Below are positions 1 to 17,905 of a stretch of DNA of 64,000 nucleotides, piece by piece. The notes beneath the pieces were generated by a model, which saw nothing but the letters and a program-made list of their open reading frames with translations, did no database searches and was not told the origin of the DNA. Every line of letters starts with the position of its first letter. The first letter of the stretch is position 1. The translations under genes were made by a program, and so were the position numbers. The DNA comes from the human T2T-CHM13v2.0 reference genome, Homo sapiens, in NCBI RefSeq assembly GCF_009914755.1, contig NC_060947.1, one strand, 5' to 3'.

Positions 1-194
1 AGACAATAATGCAAGCAATGTGAATCCAGGCTGAAGAGTGAAAAAAATCAACACGCTAGGTGATTCAATCTCCAAGATGCTAAATACACAGGTTGATTAA
101 TTTTTTTCTTCACCAAAGTTTTGCTGAATTAACTAATTAGCAGGGTTGGGAGATGATGGGAAAGAAAATATTAGCTTGATTAAAATAAGCAGTA

Positions 195-478
195 GTTATT
201 TTTATTGAAAAGTTAGGGAGGAAGAAAATAAATATTTGTCAGCACCTCCAAGTACAAGCCTTATGTTTATTCCCTAGCAGTTCAGCACAGAAGTTAGTAT
301 ATCTATTATTATCTCTATTTGTGTATTAAAAACTAAGGTTATTTTAATTGATAACTTAGGGAGGAAGGAAATAAATATTTGTCAGCACCTCAAAACACGA
401 GCATTGTGTTTATTCCCTAGCAGTTCGGCCCCGAAGTTAGTATATTTATTATTATCTCTATTTGTATATTAAAAACTA
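195..478. repeat. Diverged tandem duplication, 2 x 143 bp, including the 5' part of a MIR
   Basis: 195-337 and 338-478 are colinear (gttattt..gggaggaag..aaatatttgtcagcacctc..gaagttagtat..aaaaacta), about 15 mismatches by hand count. The MIR core (gctcagaaagtgtaagtgac) continues after copy 2. Confidence 0.85.
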
Positions 479-693
479 CAGCTCAGAAAGTGTAAGTGAC
501 ATCCCCAATATCACCACGCAACAAAGCTGCAGATATGGGTTTCAATAAAATCATGCTCTTTCCTCTACACATGCTTCTCCTGCTGATGTAGCTTCTCTTA
601 CTATTTAATACTAATAACTAACATTTACTGAATGCTATCTGAGCATTTGATATATAGACTCTTCAATGCTTACAACCCTATAAGATAGGCACT

Positions 694-1873
694 GGTAACA
701 AACTATAGAAATGATCCCTGAGGAACTCAAACAACTCAACCACAATCTCATTAAAAAGTGGGCCAACCCAGGTGCATTGGCTCACGCCTGTAATCACAGC
801 ACTTTAGGAAGCAGAGGTGGGAGAATCACTTGAGGTCAGTAGTTCGAGACTAGCCTGGCCAACATGGTGAAACCCCATCTCTACTAAAAATACAAAATAA
901 GTTATATGGGCGTGGTAGTGCATGCCTGTAATCCCAGCTACTTGGGAGGCTGGCAGGAGGATTACCTGAACTCGGGAGGAAGAGGTTGCAGTGAGCCAAG
1001 ATTGCACCACTGCACTCCAGCCTGGGCGACAGAGTGAGACTCTGCCTCAAAAAAAAAAGTGTACCAAGGACAAAAGTATACATTTTTTTCAAAAGAAGAC
1101 ATACAAATAGCCAGCAAGCATATGGGAAAAAAAAATGCTCATCGACACTAATCTTCAGAGAAACGTGAATCAAAATCACAATGAGATATCATCTTATACC
1201 AGTCAGAATGGCTATTATTTAAAAAAGACAAAAATTACAAATATTGGGAAGGATGCAAAGAAAAGGGAATGCTTACACACCGTTGAGGAGAATGTAAATT
1301 AGTACAACCTCTATAGAATAAAGTTTGGCAATTTCTCAGAGAACTAAAAATAGAACTACCATTTGATGTAGCACTTCCACTACTGGCTATCTACAAAAAG
1401 GAAAATAAACTATTATATCAAAAAGATACCTGTACTCATATGTTTGTTGCTGCACTATTCACAATAGAAAAGATATGGAATCAATCTAAGTGTCCACCAA
1501 AAGACAAATGGATAAAGAAAATATGGTATGTATACACAATGGAATACTATTCAGCCATAAAAAGAATAGAATCATGTCACTTGGAGCAACATGGATAAAG
1601 CTGGAGGCCATTATCTTAAGTGAAACAACCCATGTTCTCACTTATAAGTGGGAGCTAAATAATGTGTACACATGGACAAAAAGTATGAAACGATAGACAG
1701 TGGAGACTCAGAAGTATGGGGGAGGTTGGGGGGATGAATGATGAGAAATTACTTAATGAGTACAATGTACATTATTCCAGTGATTAATACACTAAAAACC
1801 CTGACTTCACCACTGCACAATATAACCATGTAACAAAATCACACTTATATACCTTGTAAATTTGTACAAAAAA
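694..1873 (+). mobile_element. 5'-truncated L1 3' end (L1PB3/4-like)
   Basis: ORF2 C-terminal remnant and L1PB-type 3'UTR (gacttcaccactgcacaatataaccatgtaacaaaa), A-tail and 12-bp TSD. Confidence 0.8.
767..1058 (+). mobile_element. AluS (Sx/Sz-like) inserted in L1
   Basis: Full dimer. TSD aaaaagtg(gg/ta)ccaa at 753-766 and 1054-1067. Confidence 0.93.
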
Positions 1874-2435
1874 AAGATAGGCACTAATATTATCCTCAAT
1901 TAACAGATGAGAAAACTGAAGTTCTGAGAAGTTGAGTAATTTGCCCAAAGTCACACAGCTAATGAGTGGTAGGACTAGGATTTGATTCTATGCAGTTAAA
2001 ATTCAAGCCCATGCTCTCAACTATTGTGATATCACCACACTGGACAACAGAAAAGATGCAGCTTGGGAATTATTTAACAAACAACCACTTATCAATAATA
2101 CACCCATCAACTAAAGATTTGAGAATTAAGAGGACTCTGAGTACGGCAATAATAGAATATAGAGGAGGTTAATCTTGAAAGAGTTTTTGAAGAGTTAAGA
2201 AAAGGTAAGTTTTCAACCAGGTGTAAGAGAGTTGAAGAACATGACGGGGTGGGATAAGGCCCAAAGGCAGACGCGGGAGTTTGTTCCATTTTGAGGAATA
2301 TTAAGAAGGTAAGGAAACATGGTTAAATAGGCAAGAAAAATCTAGGAGATTTTTGTTCTTGTCTTCATCAGAAAGGTATAACGTGAACTGAAATACTTTA
2401 TTGCAGCATCTGAGGAGGAAATATTTTAAGACTAC

Positions 2436-2842
2436 TAATATAGTTTGGATGTTGTCCCCCATAAAACTCATGTTGAATTGTAATCCTCAAAGTTAGAGGT
2501 GGGGCCTAGTGGGAGATGTTTGGGTCATGGGGGTAGATTCCTCATGGCTTGGTGCTGCCCTCAGGATAGCGAGTGAGTTCTCTCAGTTATCCGGTTGTTT
2601 AAAATTATGTGGAACCTCCTCGCTACTCTCTCTCTTGCTCCTGCTTTCACCATGTGATATGGCTGCTCCTGCTTCTCCTTCTACCATGAGTTAAAGCTTC
2701 CTGAGGCCTCACCAGAAGTCAAGCAGACACTGCTGCCATGCTTGTACAGCCTGCAGAACCATGAGCCAATGAAACATCTTTTCTTTATCAATCGCTCAGA
2801 CTCAGGTATTCCTTTCCAGTAATGCAAGAACAGCCTAATACA
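2436..2842 (+). mobile_element. MST (MaLR, MSTA/MSTB class) solo LTR
   Basis: Termini taatatagtttgg and cctaataca. 5-bp TSD actac at 2431-2435 and 2843-2847. Confidence 0.9.
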
Positions 2843-3308
2843 ACTACCAACTCTCCTGAAAAAACAAAATATTTTGCAGACATTCTATTGAGACGTAGCC
2901 TACTCAATTTCTATAGCGCAAAGTGACCTTTCAATACAAACAATAGTTTATTTGGAAAGTCACCAATTCAACTTGTCTTTCTGGAGACTTTCTTTCTCTC
3001 TTCTCCTTGGGAGATACTTCAATGAGCCTGCATATGTTAAGAACATGCTATGTTCTGTATATAAATCAACAGAAGCAAACTCACACTAAATATTCAAAGC
3101 TGAAAAACAATTTGTCAGAAAGAGCATCAATCAGATGTCACTGTCTATCTTTCGGATCTGTACTTTGACTGTAAAGAGCAGTGATTTCCGTAAGTCATTT
3201 TTCTCCATTGTTTGTCATTGGTTACCAGTTTACACTGCATTCCTCAAATTTCATTTGAGTTATCACGGGACAATAATCTTTTTGCTTGTAATATTTGCAT
3301 CCCCTCAC

Positions 3309-3615
3309 CTGGAATATCCACCTTCAGGAAGTGAGAGATTTGATGACCACAATCCCAAATGGTTGGATCAGAATATCCAATTCAATAAGGCAGAATAAAG
3401 GATAAAAACATTATGCAATACATACTGGAATAAAGGCAGGATGGGTAGATCAGACCAAACACCTAGGGGAGACACTTTCGTTTAAGGACAAACCATTAAC
3501 ACCAGAATTCAGCCCTACCACCAGGCTCACTTACAGTCCTTCCTCCCTGCTAATTAACTCACCTTGTTTTGTCCTGCAGGACATAATTTGTCCTGCCCTA
3601 AAGCTAGCTTTTGCC
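3309..3615 (-). pseudogene. Candidate decayed exon pair (3563-3615 and 3309-3424) of an unidentified gene
   Basis: Minus-strand AAG|GTGAGT and CAG|GTGAGG donors, cctttattccAG acceptor, 138-nt intron. Reads QKLALGQDKLCPAGQNK | YVLHNVFILYSALLNWIF*SNHLGLWSS. No homology recognised. Confidence 0.25.
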
Positions 3616-3653
3616 CTTAGGAAAGCACATATAGCCTTTTGGCTGTTTGGTTA

Positions 3654-4859
3654 TTATAGCCTTGTAATACATTTTGAAGTCAGGTAATGTGATGTTTCTA
3701 CTTTGTTCTTTTTCCTTAGGATTGCTTTGGCTATTTATTTCATAAAAATTTTATAATTTTTCTAATTCTGTGAAAAATGACATTGGTATTTTGGTAGGGA
3801 TTGCATTGGATCTGCAGATTGCTTTGCACGGTATGGTGCTTTTAATGATATTAAATCCTCCAATCCATTAGCATAGGTGTTTTCCATTTGTTTCTGTCCT
3901 CCACAATTTATTTCATTAGTGTTTTATGGCTTTCCTTGTAAAGCTCTTTCACCCCTTGGTGAAATTTATTCCTAGGTATTTTTTTCATATTTATTGTAGT
4001 AGGGATTGTCTTCTTCATTTCTTTCTCAGCTAACTAGTTATTGGTGTAGAGATATGCTACCAATTTTTGTATGTTGATTTTGTATCTTACACCTTTATTG
4101 AATTTATGTATCAAATCTAGTAGTATCCTTGGGTAGCAGGGGGTTTTGTTGTTGTTGTTGTTGTTGTTGTTTTAAATTTTAGCACCTTGAATATGTCATC
4201 CATCTTCTTCTGGCCCGTAAGGTTTCTGCTGGAAAACTCCTTGTTAGTCTGCTGGGGATTCCTTTATGGGTGACTAGATACTTTTCTCTTGCTCATTTTA
4301 GTGTCCTCACTTTTGCTTTGACTTTAGACAGTTTGGCAATATGTGGCTTAGAAAAGACTTTTATGCCTCATGTCTGGGGATCTTTGGGCCCCAGAATATC
4401 TGAATGTCTAGGTCTCTAGCTAAACCTGGAAAATTTTCATTTACTATTTCATTAAGTAGATCTTCTAAACCTTTCTTTCTCTCTTTGCCCTTGGGGACAC
4501 CAATAACATGAATATTTGGTCACTTTATGTTGTCCCAAATGTCATAAAAGTTTTGCTTATTCTTTTTTATACGTTTTTATTTTTGTCTAACTGGATTATT
4601 TCAAAGGACCTGTCTTAAATTTCTGAGATTCCTTCTTTTCCTTGATCTAGTCTATTGTTGAAGCTTTCATGTGTATTTTCTGTTTCATTTGATGCATTCT
4701 TTAGCTCCAGAATTTCTGTTTGGTTATTTTTTAAAATGTATATCTCTTTGGTAAATTTTTCTTTCATATTCTGAATTGTACTTCTGATTGTTCTGTATTG
4801 GTATTCAGAATTCTCTTGTATGTCACTGAGCTTCTTTAAAATCAGTTTTTAAAATACTT
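3654..4859 (-). mobile_element. Old L1 (L1M/L1PB-type): ORF2 fragment joined to ORF1 region; host of L1 A
   Basis: L1 ORF2-like 3654-4122, (GTT)n at ~4147-4172, ORF1-like 4180-4859. Continues at 11001. Confidence 0.75.
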
Positions 4860-5069
4860 ATTTTTTTATATGTTAAGTTTTAGGGTACATGTGCACAACG
4901 TGCAGCTTTGTTACATATGTATACATGTGCCATGTTGGTGTGCTACACCCATTAACTCATCATTTAGCATTAGGTATATCTCCTGATGCGATCCCTCCTC
5001 CCTCCCCCCACACCACAACAGTCCCAGGTGTGTGATGTTCCCCTTCCTGTGTCCATGTGTTCTCATTGT

Positions 5070-8889
<3,820 letters not shown>

Positions 8890-8952
8890 TATGATGTTAG
8901 CTGGTTATTTTGCTCATTAGTTGATGCTATTTCTTCCTAGCTTTGATGGTCT

Positions 8953-9969
8953 TTACCATTTGGTATGTTTTTGCAGTGGCTGGTACCGGTTTTTCCTTTC
9001 CATGTTTAGTTCTTCCTTCAGGAGCTCTTTTAGGGCAGGCCTGGTGGTGACAAAATCTCTCAGCATTTGCTTGTCTGTAAAGGATTTTATTTCTCCTTCA
9101 CTCATGAAGCTTAGTTTGGCTGGAGATGAAATTCTGGGTTGAAAATTCTTGTCTTTACGAATGTTGAATATTGGTCCCCACTCTCTTCTGGCTTGTAGAG
9201 TTTCTGCCGAGAGATCCGCTGATAGTCTGATGGGCTTCCCTTTGTGGGTAACCTGACCTTTCTCTCTGGCTGCCCATAACATTTTTTCCTTCATTTCAAC
9301 TTTGGTGAATCTGACAATTATGTGTCTTAGAGCTGCTCTTCTCGAGGAGTATCTTTGTGGCATTCTCTGTATATCCTGAATTTGAATGTTGGCCTGCCTT
9401 GCTAGATTGGGGAAGTTCTCCTGGATAATATCCTGCAGAGTGTTTTCCAACTTGGTTCCATTCTCCCCGACACTTTCAGGTACACCAATTAGACGTTGAT
9501 TTGGTCTTTTCACATAGTCCCATACTTCTTGGAGGCTTTGTTCATTTCTTCTTATTCTTTTTTCTCTAAACGTCCCTTCATGCTTCATTTCATTCATTTC
9601 GTCTTCCATCGCTGATACCCTTTCTTCCATTTGATCACATCGGTTAATGAGGCTTGTGCATTCATCACGTAGTTCTTGTGCCATGGTTTTCAGTTCCATC
9701 AGGTCCTTTAAGGACTTCTCTGCATTGGTTATTCTAGTTAGCCATTTGTCTAATTTTTTTTCAAAGTTTTTAACTTCTTTGCCATTAGTTCGAACTTCCT
9801 CCTTTAGCTCGGAGTAGTTTGATCTTCTGAAGCCTTCCTCTCTCATCTCGTCAAAGTCATTCTCCATCCAGCTTTGTTCTGTTGCTGGTGAGGAGATGTG
9901 TTGCTTTGGAGGATGAGAGGTGCTCTGATTTTTAGAGTTTCCGTTTTTTCTGCTCCGTTTTTTCCCAAT
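8953..9969 (-). CDS. L1 ORF1p frame, uninterrupted 338 codons but start ATG mutated to ATT
   Basis: Track ORF 8953-10077 contains IGKKRSRK..ENDFDEM..YVKRPN..REKG..ARREW..LQKHTKW*. The canonical MGKK start reads ATT at 9969-9967. Confidence 0.7.
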   Translation of the reverse strand: MGKKRSRKNGNSKNQSTSHPPKQHISSPATEQSWMENDFDEMREEGFRRSNYSELKEEVRTNGKEVKNFEKKLDKWLTRITNAEKSLKDLMELKTMAQELRDECTSLINRCDQMEERVSAMEDEMNEMKHEGTFREKRIRRNEQSLQEVWDYVKRPNQRLIGVPESVGENGTKLENTLQDIIQENFPNLARQANIQIQDIQRMPQRYSSRRAALRHIIVRFTKVEMKEKMLWAAREKGQVTHKGKPIRLSADLSAETLQARREWGPIFNIRKDKNFQPRISSPAKLSFMSEGEIKSFTDKQMLRDFVTTRPALKELLKEELNMERKNRYQPLQKHTKW

Positions 9970-11000
9970 GTTTGTGGTTTTATCTGCCTTTGGTCTTTGA
10001 TGCTGGTGACGTACAGATGGGTTTTTGGTGTGGATGTCCTTTCTGTTAGTTTTCCTTCTAACAGTCAGGACCCTCACCTGCAGGTCTGTTGGAGTTTACT
10101 GGAGGTCCACTCCAGACCCTGTTTGCCTGGGTATCAGCAGCAGTGGCTGCAGAACAGCGGATATTGGTGAACCACAAATGCTGCTGCCTGATCATTCCTC
10201 TGGAAGTTTTGTCTCAGAGGGGTACCCGGCTGTGTGAGGTGTCAGTCTGCCCCTACTGGGGGATGCCTCCCATTTAGGCTACTCGGGAGTCAGGGACCCA
10301 CTTGAGGAGGCAGTCTGCCCGTTCTCAGATCTCAAGCTGCATGCTGGGAGAACCACTACTCTCTTCAAAGCTGTCAGACAGGGACATTTAAGTCTGTCTT
10401 AATTTAAGGTTATTGCTGTCTTTTGTTTGTATGTGCCCTGCCCCCAGAGGTGGAGTCTACAGAGGCAGGCAGGCCTCCTTAAGCTGTGGTGGGCTCCAGC
10501 CAGTTCGAGCTTCCTGGCCACTTTGTTTACCTACTCAAGCCTGAGCAATGGCAGGCACCCATCCCCCAGCCTCGCTGCCGCCTAGCAGTTTGATCTCAGA
10601 CTGCTGTGCTAGCAATGAGCGAGGCTCCGTTGGCGTAGGACCTCCAAGCCAGGTGTGGGATATCATCTCCTCATGTGCCATTTGTTTAGCCCGTTGGAAG
10701 AGCGCAGTATTAGGGTGGGAGTGACCCGATTTACCAGGTGCCGTCTGTCACCCCTTTATTTGACTAGGAAAGGGAATTCCCTGACCCCTTGTGCTTCCCG
10801 GGTGAGGCGATGCCTCGCCCTACTTCGGCTAACACACGGTGCACTGCACCCACTGTCCTGCACCCACTGTCAGGCACTCCCCAGTGAGATGAACCCGGTG
10901 CCTCCATTGGAAATGCAGAAATCACCCGTCTGCTGCATCGCTCACGCGGGGAGCTGTAGACTGGAGCTGTTCCTATTCGGCCATCTTGGCTCCACCTCCC

Positions 11001-12260
11001 TTAAAATTCTTTATCTGGGGATTTTATGAATTTCTTTTTGATTGAGATCTGTTGCTGGAGAATTATTGTCTTCCTTGGGAAGTGTCATATGTCCTTGCTT
11101 TTTCATGTTTTCTGTGTACTTAGATTTATATCTGTGCATCTGTTGTAATAGTCACTTCTTCCTGTTTTTTTAGATTGCTTTCATAGAGGAAGACTTTTTT
11201 CTGAAGATCTATATATGTTGTTGGTTAGGTAGGGCATTTTGGCTTTTATTTTGGGTGCATGCAGTAGTGTGATTTCCGTATGATTTATTCAGCTGTAAAC
11301 ATTGTCAATGGTATCTGTGATTTCTTCAGTGGCTTAGTGTGTTCTTATTAGTGGAGGCTATGGTGAAGTTTTACTAGGGAGTAGGATGCCAGGAGGGCCA
11401 GTGTTTGGGCACCAGCGGTGGCAGCAGTAGGCCGAGTGTGCCTGTCTTTGGCCTCCAACATGACTTACACTGGTACCAATGTTAGGGGGCCTAGATGATT
11501 CAATTCTTGGGCTTTCAGATGGCTTTTTTCAATCTGGTAGTGGCCAGTGGTAAGTCTGGCATGTGGATAGGTTCCCAGGTCCTTGGGCAGCGAATATGAT
11601 ATGGGTGATGGCAGTAGCAATGGTGGAGCAACCTACTGAAACCCAAGCAGTCCATGCTAGTCCTGGTGGTGGCTATGACAAGTTGGGTGTCCATAACATA
11701 TTAGTTATGGCCACTGGTGGTGTGTGTAGGTGGGTGCCAGCTGTGGTAGTATTGGTAGGTTGTGTCAGCCTGACCTCAGATTCCAGGAGGAGTGTTAGGT
11801 ACCAATGATGGTGGACTGGGCTGAACAATTTCCAGGCTCCTACACAGTATGCTCAATAACTCAGGGGAGGGGGATGGGAAGACACGAACTGGGCTGGCAG
11901 AGCTGGCCGCCTGGTAGTGTGTTCAGGTGCTGTCTCTGATAGGCAAGGGTGAGGTGACCCCAGGCCACTGGCAAAATGCTCAGGTGTGGGCAGTGGTGGC
12001 TGTGCTGCAGGCCTGCCACCATGTAGGATGAGGCCACTTTCAGTGGTTTCAATGTAGGGAGGTAGCTGTGTGATGTGCAGTTTTCTCACACTTCATTCCC
12101 ATAGTAGCCTGCAGCAGCACTGGGATTTGTCCTCAAAGTGCAGTAAAATGCCTGGTCTCCACTCTCCCTTCTTGGCGAGGCAGCAGCAGCAGCAGCAGCA
12201 GCAGTTTCAACTCTAACCCCATGACAACACAGAGACCTTTGGAGGTTAGGCTCTAAAAAT
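11001..12260 (-). mobile_element. Old L1 ORF1 5' part and GC-rich 5'UTR (continuation of 3654-4859)
   Basis: Continues the ORF1-like host sequence across the TSD. L1M/L1PB-type 5'UTR texture. Confidence 0.65.
12181..12204. repeat. (CAG)8 microsatellite
   Basis: Eight perfect cag units. Confidence 0.95.
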
Positions 12261-12332
12261 CTACATAAATAATTTTGAGTTTGACTTTTTTTTTTTTTTT
12301 AACTAAGCATTACAACATAGCATTTTACCATC

Positions 12333-12849
12333 ATGGTGATTTTAAAATATGTCCATAAATTCTTTTATACTCTTCCATTCAAAGGGTAGAACCTAATCAC
12401 CCTTATTCCTATATTTAGTGACTTGCTTCCAAAGAATAGAATATGGCAATACTAGAATATATGACTTCCGAGACTAGTTCATAAAAAGCATATTGGCTTT
12501 TTGGCTTATTCTTTCACACCAATGGCTCTGGAGGAAATCAGCTGCCATGACATGAGAACACTCAAGCAGCTAAGTGGAAGTCTCCTGACAACAACCAGCA
12601 CTAACTTGCTAGGCATGCAAGTGAGCTATGTTGGAAGTATGTACTTCAACCCCATTCAGGCTTTTAGATGACTATAACATAGGCCAACATCTTTACTTCA
12701 ACTTCAAGAGAGACCCTGAGCCTGAACCACCCAGCTAAGTTGCTCTCAGGTTTCTAGCCCACAGAAATTGGGTTCAGTAATAAATGTGCATTGTTTTAGG
12801 CTACTACACTTTGGGGTCATTTGTTATATAGCAGTAGATAACGAGCACA
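12333..12849 (+). mobile_element. MLT1 (F/G-like) MaLR LTR
   Basis: gtgacttgcttccaaagaatagaatatggc ... aataaatg..ttgttatatagcagtagataac 3' end. Confidence 0.75.
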
Positions 12850-13544
12850 ACTATGTTATAAATTTCTCACAAACATTATTTTAATGGCTATACTTTATAT
12901 ATATTTTTATATATGCATGGAAGTATAACAGGAAATCTAACAGGAAGTAATCTATGTTGACAGGTGTAATGTCAACAACATGAAAAAGTTAGAGAAAGTC
13001 TCAGTTTTTCCTAATAACTTTTATGTTTTATTCAATTCAAAGGAATGAAGAGGTACTTTTCTAAAACACAGGCTGAGATATTCAAAAATTTCTTCTTTCT
13101 CATGCTATACTTAATATGTAAAGAAAACTACATTCTTCATATCTACATAGAAGAAAAATTAAATAATTTATCTCTTAAAACATTTCCTTTATGTTATAAT
13201 CAGAGAAATATTCTATTCTTCCTGTTCTCCTTCAAGAGCTGAGGGTATGTGTGGCTTTTCTGATAATTGCAATGTAATTTCAATATGCAAATGATCCTAA
13301 AGAAGAAAAAGTATGGATCACATAAATACACTATTTCTGGAATTGCCGTAGATGAATATCGGCCACACGAACTATTGGGATAAAACATTATCCATTCAGA
13401 CAATCACTAAATATTTTTGAACAATTATTTATGTAATAAGCACAGCGATATCGTTAACATGGTAGACGTGTTGTTGCCATCACAAAGCTTACAATTCAGC
13501 ATAACATGCAAATAAGCAAACAGGTTATCAAAACAGAGTGCTCA

Positions 13545-14800
<1,256 letters not shown>

Positions 14801-14930
14801 TAGAGTGTTGAGTATTACAATGTGGAAGGAGTAGAATGCTATGAGGGCACACAAAAGATGAACGTTATCCAGGTTTAGCAATAAGGTAAGGCTTTCGAAG
14901 TGGAATGACCTATAAACAGAGGTTAAATAT

Positions 14931-15130
14931 AGTGGTATGCTAGTAAAATGGCTTTCCAGAAAAAGGAACTAAAGTCTTTATTTGCAATGTTTGCCAATTT
15001 CCATAGCGTAAATGTTCACACAATAGACAATTTTAAGCTACTAATATGAAAACACTGATCATGAAATTTGGAAGACAAGTAAAGAATCAGCTCTCACAAG
15101 CTAGTACAAGCTAGCTCCAGTGAACCACTG
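14931..15130. mobile_element. MER63-like hAT DNA transposon relic
   Basis: Ends agtggtatgctagt and agctccagtgaaccactg form an imperfect TIR. Internal tttgccaatttccatagcgtaaat is MER63-like. Confidence 0.6.
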
Positions 15131-17768
15131 GAAATGCCTCATGAATTGTGATACACTCTCTTTCTTATCCCTCCACCCTAGCCTTTGTTTAGGTCTGTAT
15201 GATGCCTCATCCATATTACTGCAATAAACTCGAATTGACCCACCATGGCTGACTCACTCCTGGGTCTTCTCCTAGCTCCCTCCCAGTTACATGCCCATCA
15301 CACCTCTTCTGTGCAAAAACCTTTGAGTGATGTACCATTGCCTATAAAATCAAAACTTTATAGTCTGTCTGGCCTGCCTATTCAACCTCAACTTACACCA
15401 CCTCCTTCCATGCCTGCTATACACTAGCCATGCTAAATGGTCATCACTGACCTGTTAGTCCTAGAATACACCATCTACCCACACCTCAAGACTAATAAGA
15501 TTTGGGACTCAAGGAGGAGCAAGATGGTTGAACAGAAGCCTTCAATGATCATCCTCCCTACAGGAACACCAAATAGAACAACTATCCACACCTTTGTAAG
15601 AAAAAAAGCACCTTCATAAGAACCAAAAATCAGGTAAGCAATCAAGGTACCTGGCTTTAATTTCATAAAACAGAAACAGGCACTGAAGAGGGTAGGAAAG
15701 GCAGTCTTGAATTGCCACCACTCGATGCCACCACTCCCCCATCCCCTAGCAGTGGCATTGTGGTATTAAGAGAGAATCTGTGCACTTGCAGGAGGGAGAG
15801 CACATGACTGTGGGACTTTGCATTGAAACTCAGGGCTGCTCTGTCACCATGGAAAGCAACGCAGGGCAGAATTCAGCCAGCATCCACAGAGGGAGCATTT
15901 ATGCGAGGCCTAGCCAGAGGAGAAATATCCATCCCAGTGGTCAAAACCTGAGTTCTGGCAAGCAGCAGTTCAGTGCTCCAACTAAAATGCTCTGGGGTAC
16001 TAAATAAAGTTGAGAAGCAATCCAAGCCACAAAGGACTGCAAGTCTTGGCCAAGTCCTGCTGCAGTGCTGGGCTTGCAGCCAGTGGACTTGAGACATCAG
16101 CCAGGGCAGCCAAGGGAGTGCTTGTGTCACCCTTCCCTCAACCCCAGGCAGCACAGCTCACAGCTCTGGGAAAAACTCTTTCCTTCTCCTTCTCAAAGAG
16201 AGGAGAAGGAAGAATAAAGAGGACTTTGTCTTGAACCTTGGACACCAGCTCAGCCACAGTAAGATAAGATATTGGGAAGAGTTCCAATACACCCATTCTA
16301 AGCCCTAGCTCCGGGATGATATTTCTACACACACCCATGGCCAGAAGGAAAACCACTGCCTTGAAGGAAGGGACGCAGTCCTGGCAGGATTAATCGCCTG
16401 CTGACTAAAGAGCCATTGTAGTATTCACCATGGGCCTGGGATAAGACTCAGACATGCTGGCTTCAGGGATAACCCAGCACTTTCATAGCTGTGGTGGCTA
16501 AGCAAAGAAACTTCTTCTGCTTGAGAAAATGAAAGGGAAAAGTAAAGGGGCCTTTGCTTTGCAGGTTGGGTACCAGCTCAGTTGCCGTGGGGTAGAGTAC
16601 CAAGTGGACTCTGGGGGTCCCTGATTCCAGGCCTTGACTCTTAGACAACATTTCTGCATTTGCCCTGGGCCAGAGGGGAACCCACTGTCCTGAAGGGAGA
16701 GTCCCAGGCCTGACAGCATTCACCAAAAGCTGACTAAAAAGCACTTGGGCCTTGAGTAAACATTAGCAGTAGCTACACAGTACTTGCAGTGGCCCTGGGG
16801 CAGTGGTAACCATAGGAAGAGATGATTCTACTTGTGCAAAGAGGAGAGAAGAGTGAGAAGGACTTTGTCTTGTGGCTTAAGTGCCAGCTCAGATACAGAA
16901 GAACAGAGCCATAGATAGATTCCTGAGGTTTCTGATTCCAGGCCCTGGCTCCCAGATGGCATCTGTGGGCCTGTCTGGGGCTAGGGAGAACTTGCAACAC
17001 TGAATGGAAGGACACGAGCCTGGCTGGCTTTGCCACTTGCTGACTGTAGAACCTTAGGATGTTGAGGAAACATAGGCAGTAGCCAGGCAGTGGTTACAGT
17101 AGATCTTAGACAAGATCCAGTACCGAGCTAGCTTCAGATATGGCCTCAGTACAGTCCCAGTGGTGGTGACCACAGGAGTGCGTCTATCACCACTGTCCCA
17201 ACTCCAGGCAGCTCAGCACAGAGAAAGAGACTGTTTAGGAATAACTCTGCCTGGTAATCCAGAGATTTCTTCTAGATCTTATCCAAGCCGATCAAGGCAG
17301 TACCTCTCCAAGTCTATACAAGCCATAGCATTACTGGGCTTGGGGTGCCCCCTAATGCAGATACAGGTGTAGAGACCAAAAACTTAGATTACAACACTGA
17401 TATAGTTTGGATATTTCTCCCTGCCTAAATCTCATGTTGAAATGTAATCCCCAGTGTTGGAGTTGAGGCTTGATGGGAGGTGTTTGGATCATGGGGCCAG
17501 ATCCCTCATGAATGGCTTGGGCCATCTCCTTGGTGATAAGTGAGCTCTCACTCTGACTTCACATGAGATCTGATTGTTAAAAAGTGTGTGGCACCTCCCC
17601 CCAACTCTCTCTCCCTTGCTCCTGCTTTAACCATTTGATGTACCTATTCCTCCTTCACCTTCTACCATGATTGAAAGCTCCCTAAGTCTTCACAAGAAGC
17701 TGAGCAGATGCCAGCACCATGTTTCCTGTAAAGCCTGCTGAACCATGAGCCAATTAAACCTTTTTGCT

Positions 17769-17905
17769 GGCCAGGCATAGTGGCTCATGCCTTTAATCCC
17801 AGCACTTTGGAAGGCCAAGGTGGGAGGATCACTTGAGCCCAGGAATTCGAGACCAGCCTGGGCAACATAATAAGAACCTGTCTCTAAATAAATAAATAAA
17901 TAAAA
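17769..17905 (+). mobile_element. Free left Alu monomer (FLAM/AluJ-like) in MST 5'LTR
   Basis: Left arm only, cttgagcccagg J-type motif, (taaa)n tail. Confidence 0.85.

Larger units (their letters stand above)
612..2030 (-). mobile_element. MIR SINE split by an L1 insertion (612-693 and 1874-2030)
   Basis: MIR core acagatgagaaaactgaagttctgagaagttgagtaatttgcccaaagtcacacagcta. TSD aagataggcact at 682-693 and 1874-1885. Confidence 0.75.

Noticed and set aside
804-1179. Alu-derived ORFs here and at 13547-14048, 20273-20566, 30383-30683, 39518-39944 and 62723-62959
   Set aside because: Standard Alu translation artefacts.
12181-12204. (CAG)8 as a coding polyQ tract
   Set aside because: Short, inside repeat-derived sequence, and not in any credible ORF.
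16190-17100. Three ~320-bp repeated modules
   Set aside because: Internal repeat structure of the old L1 5'UTR. Not a locus-specific array or CRISPR.
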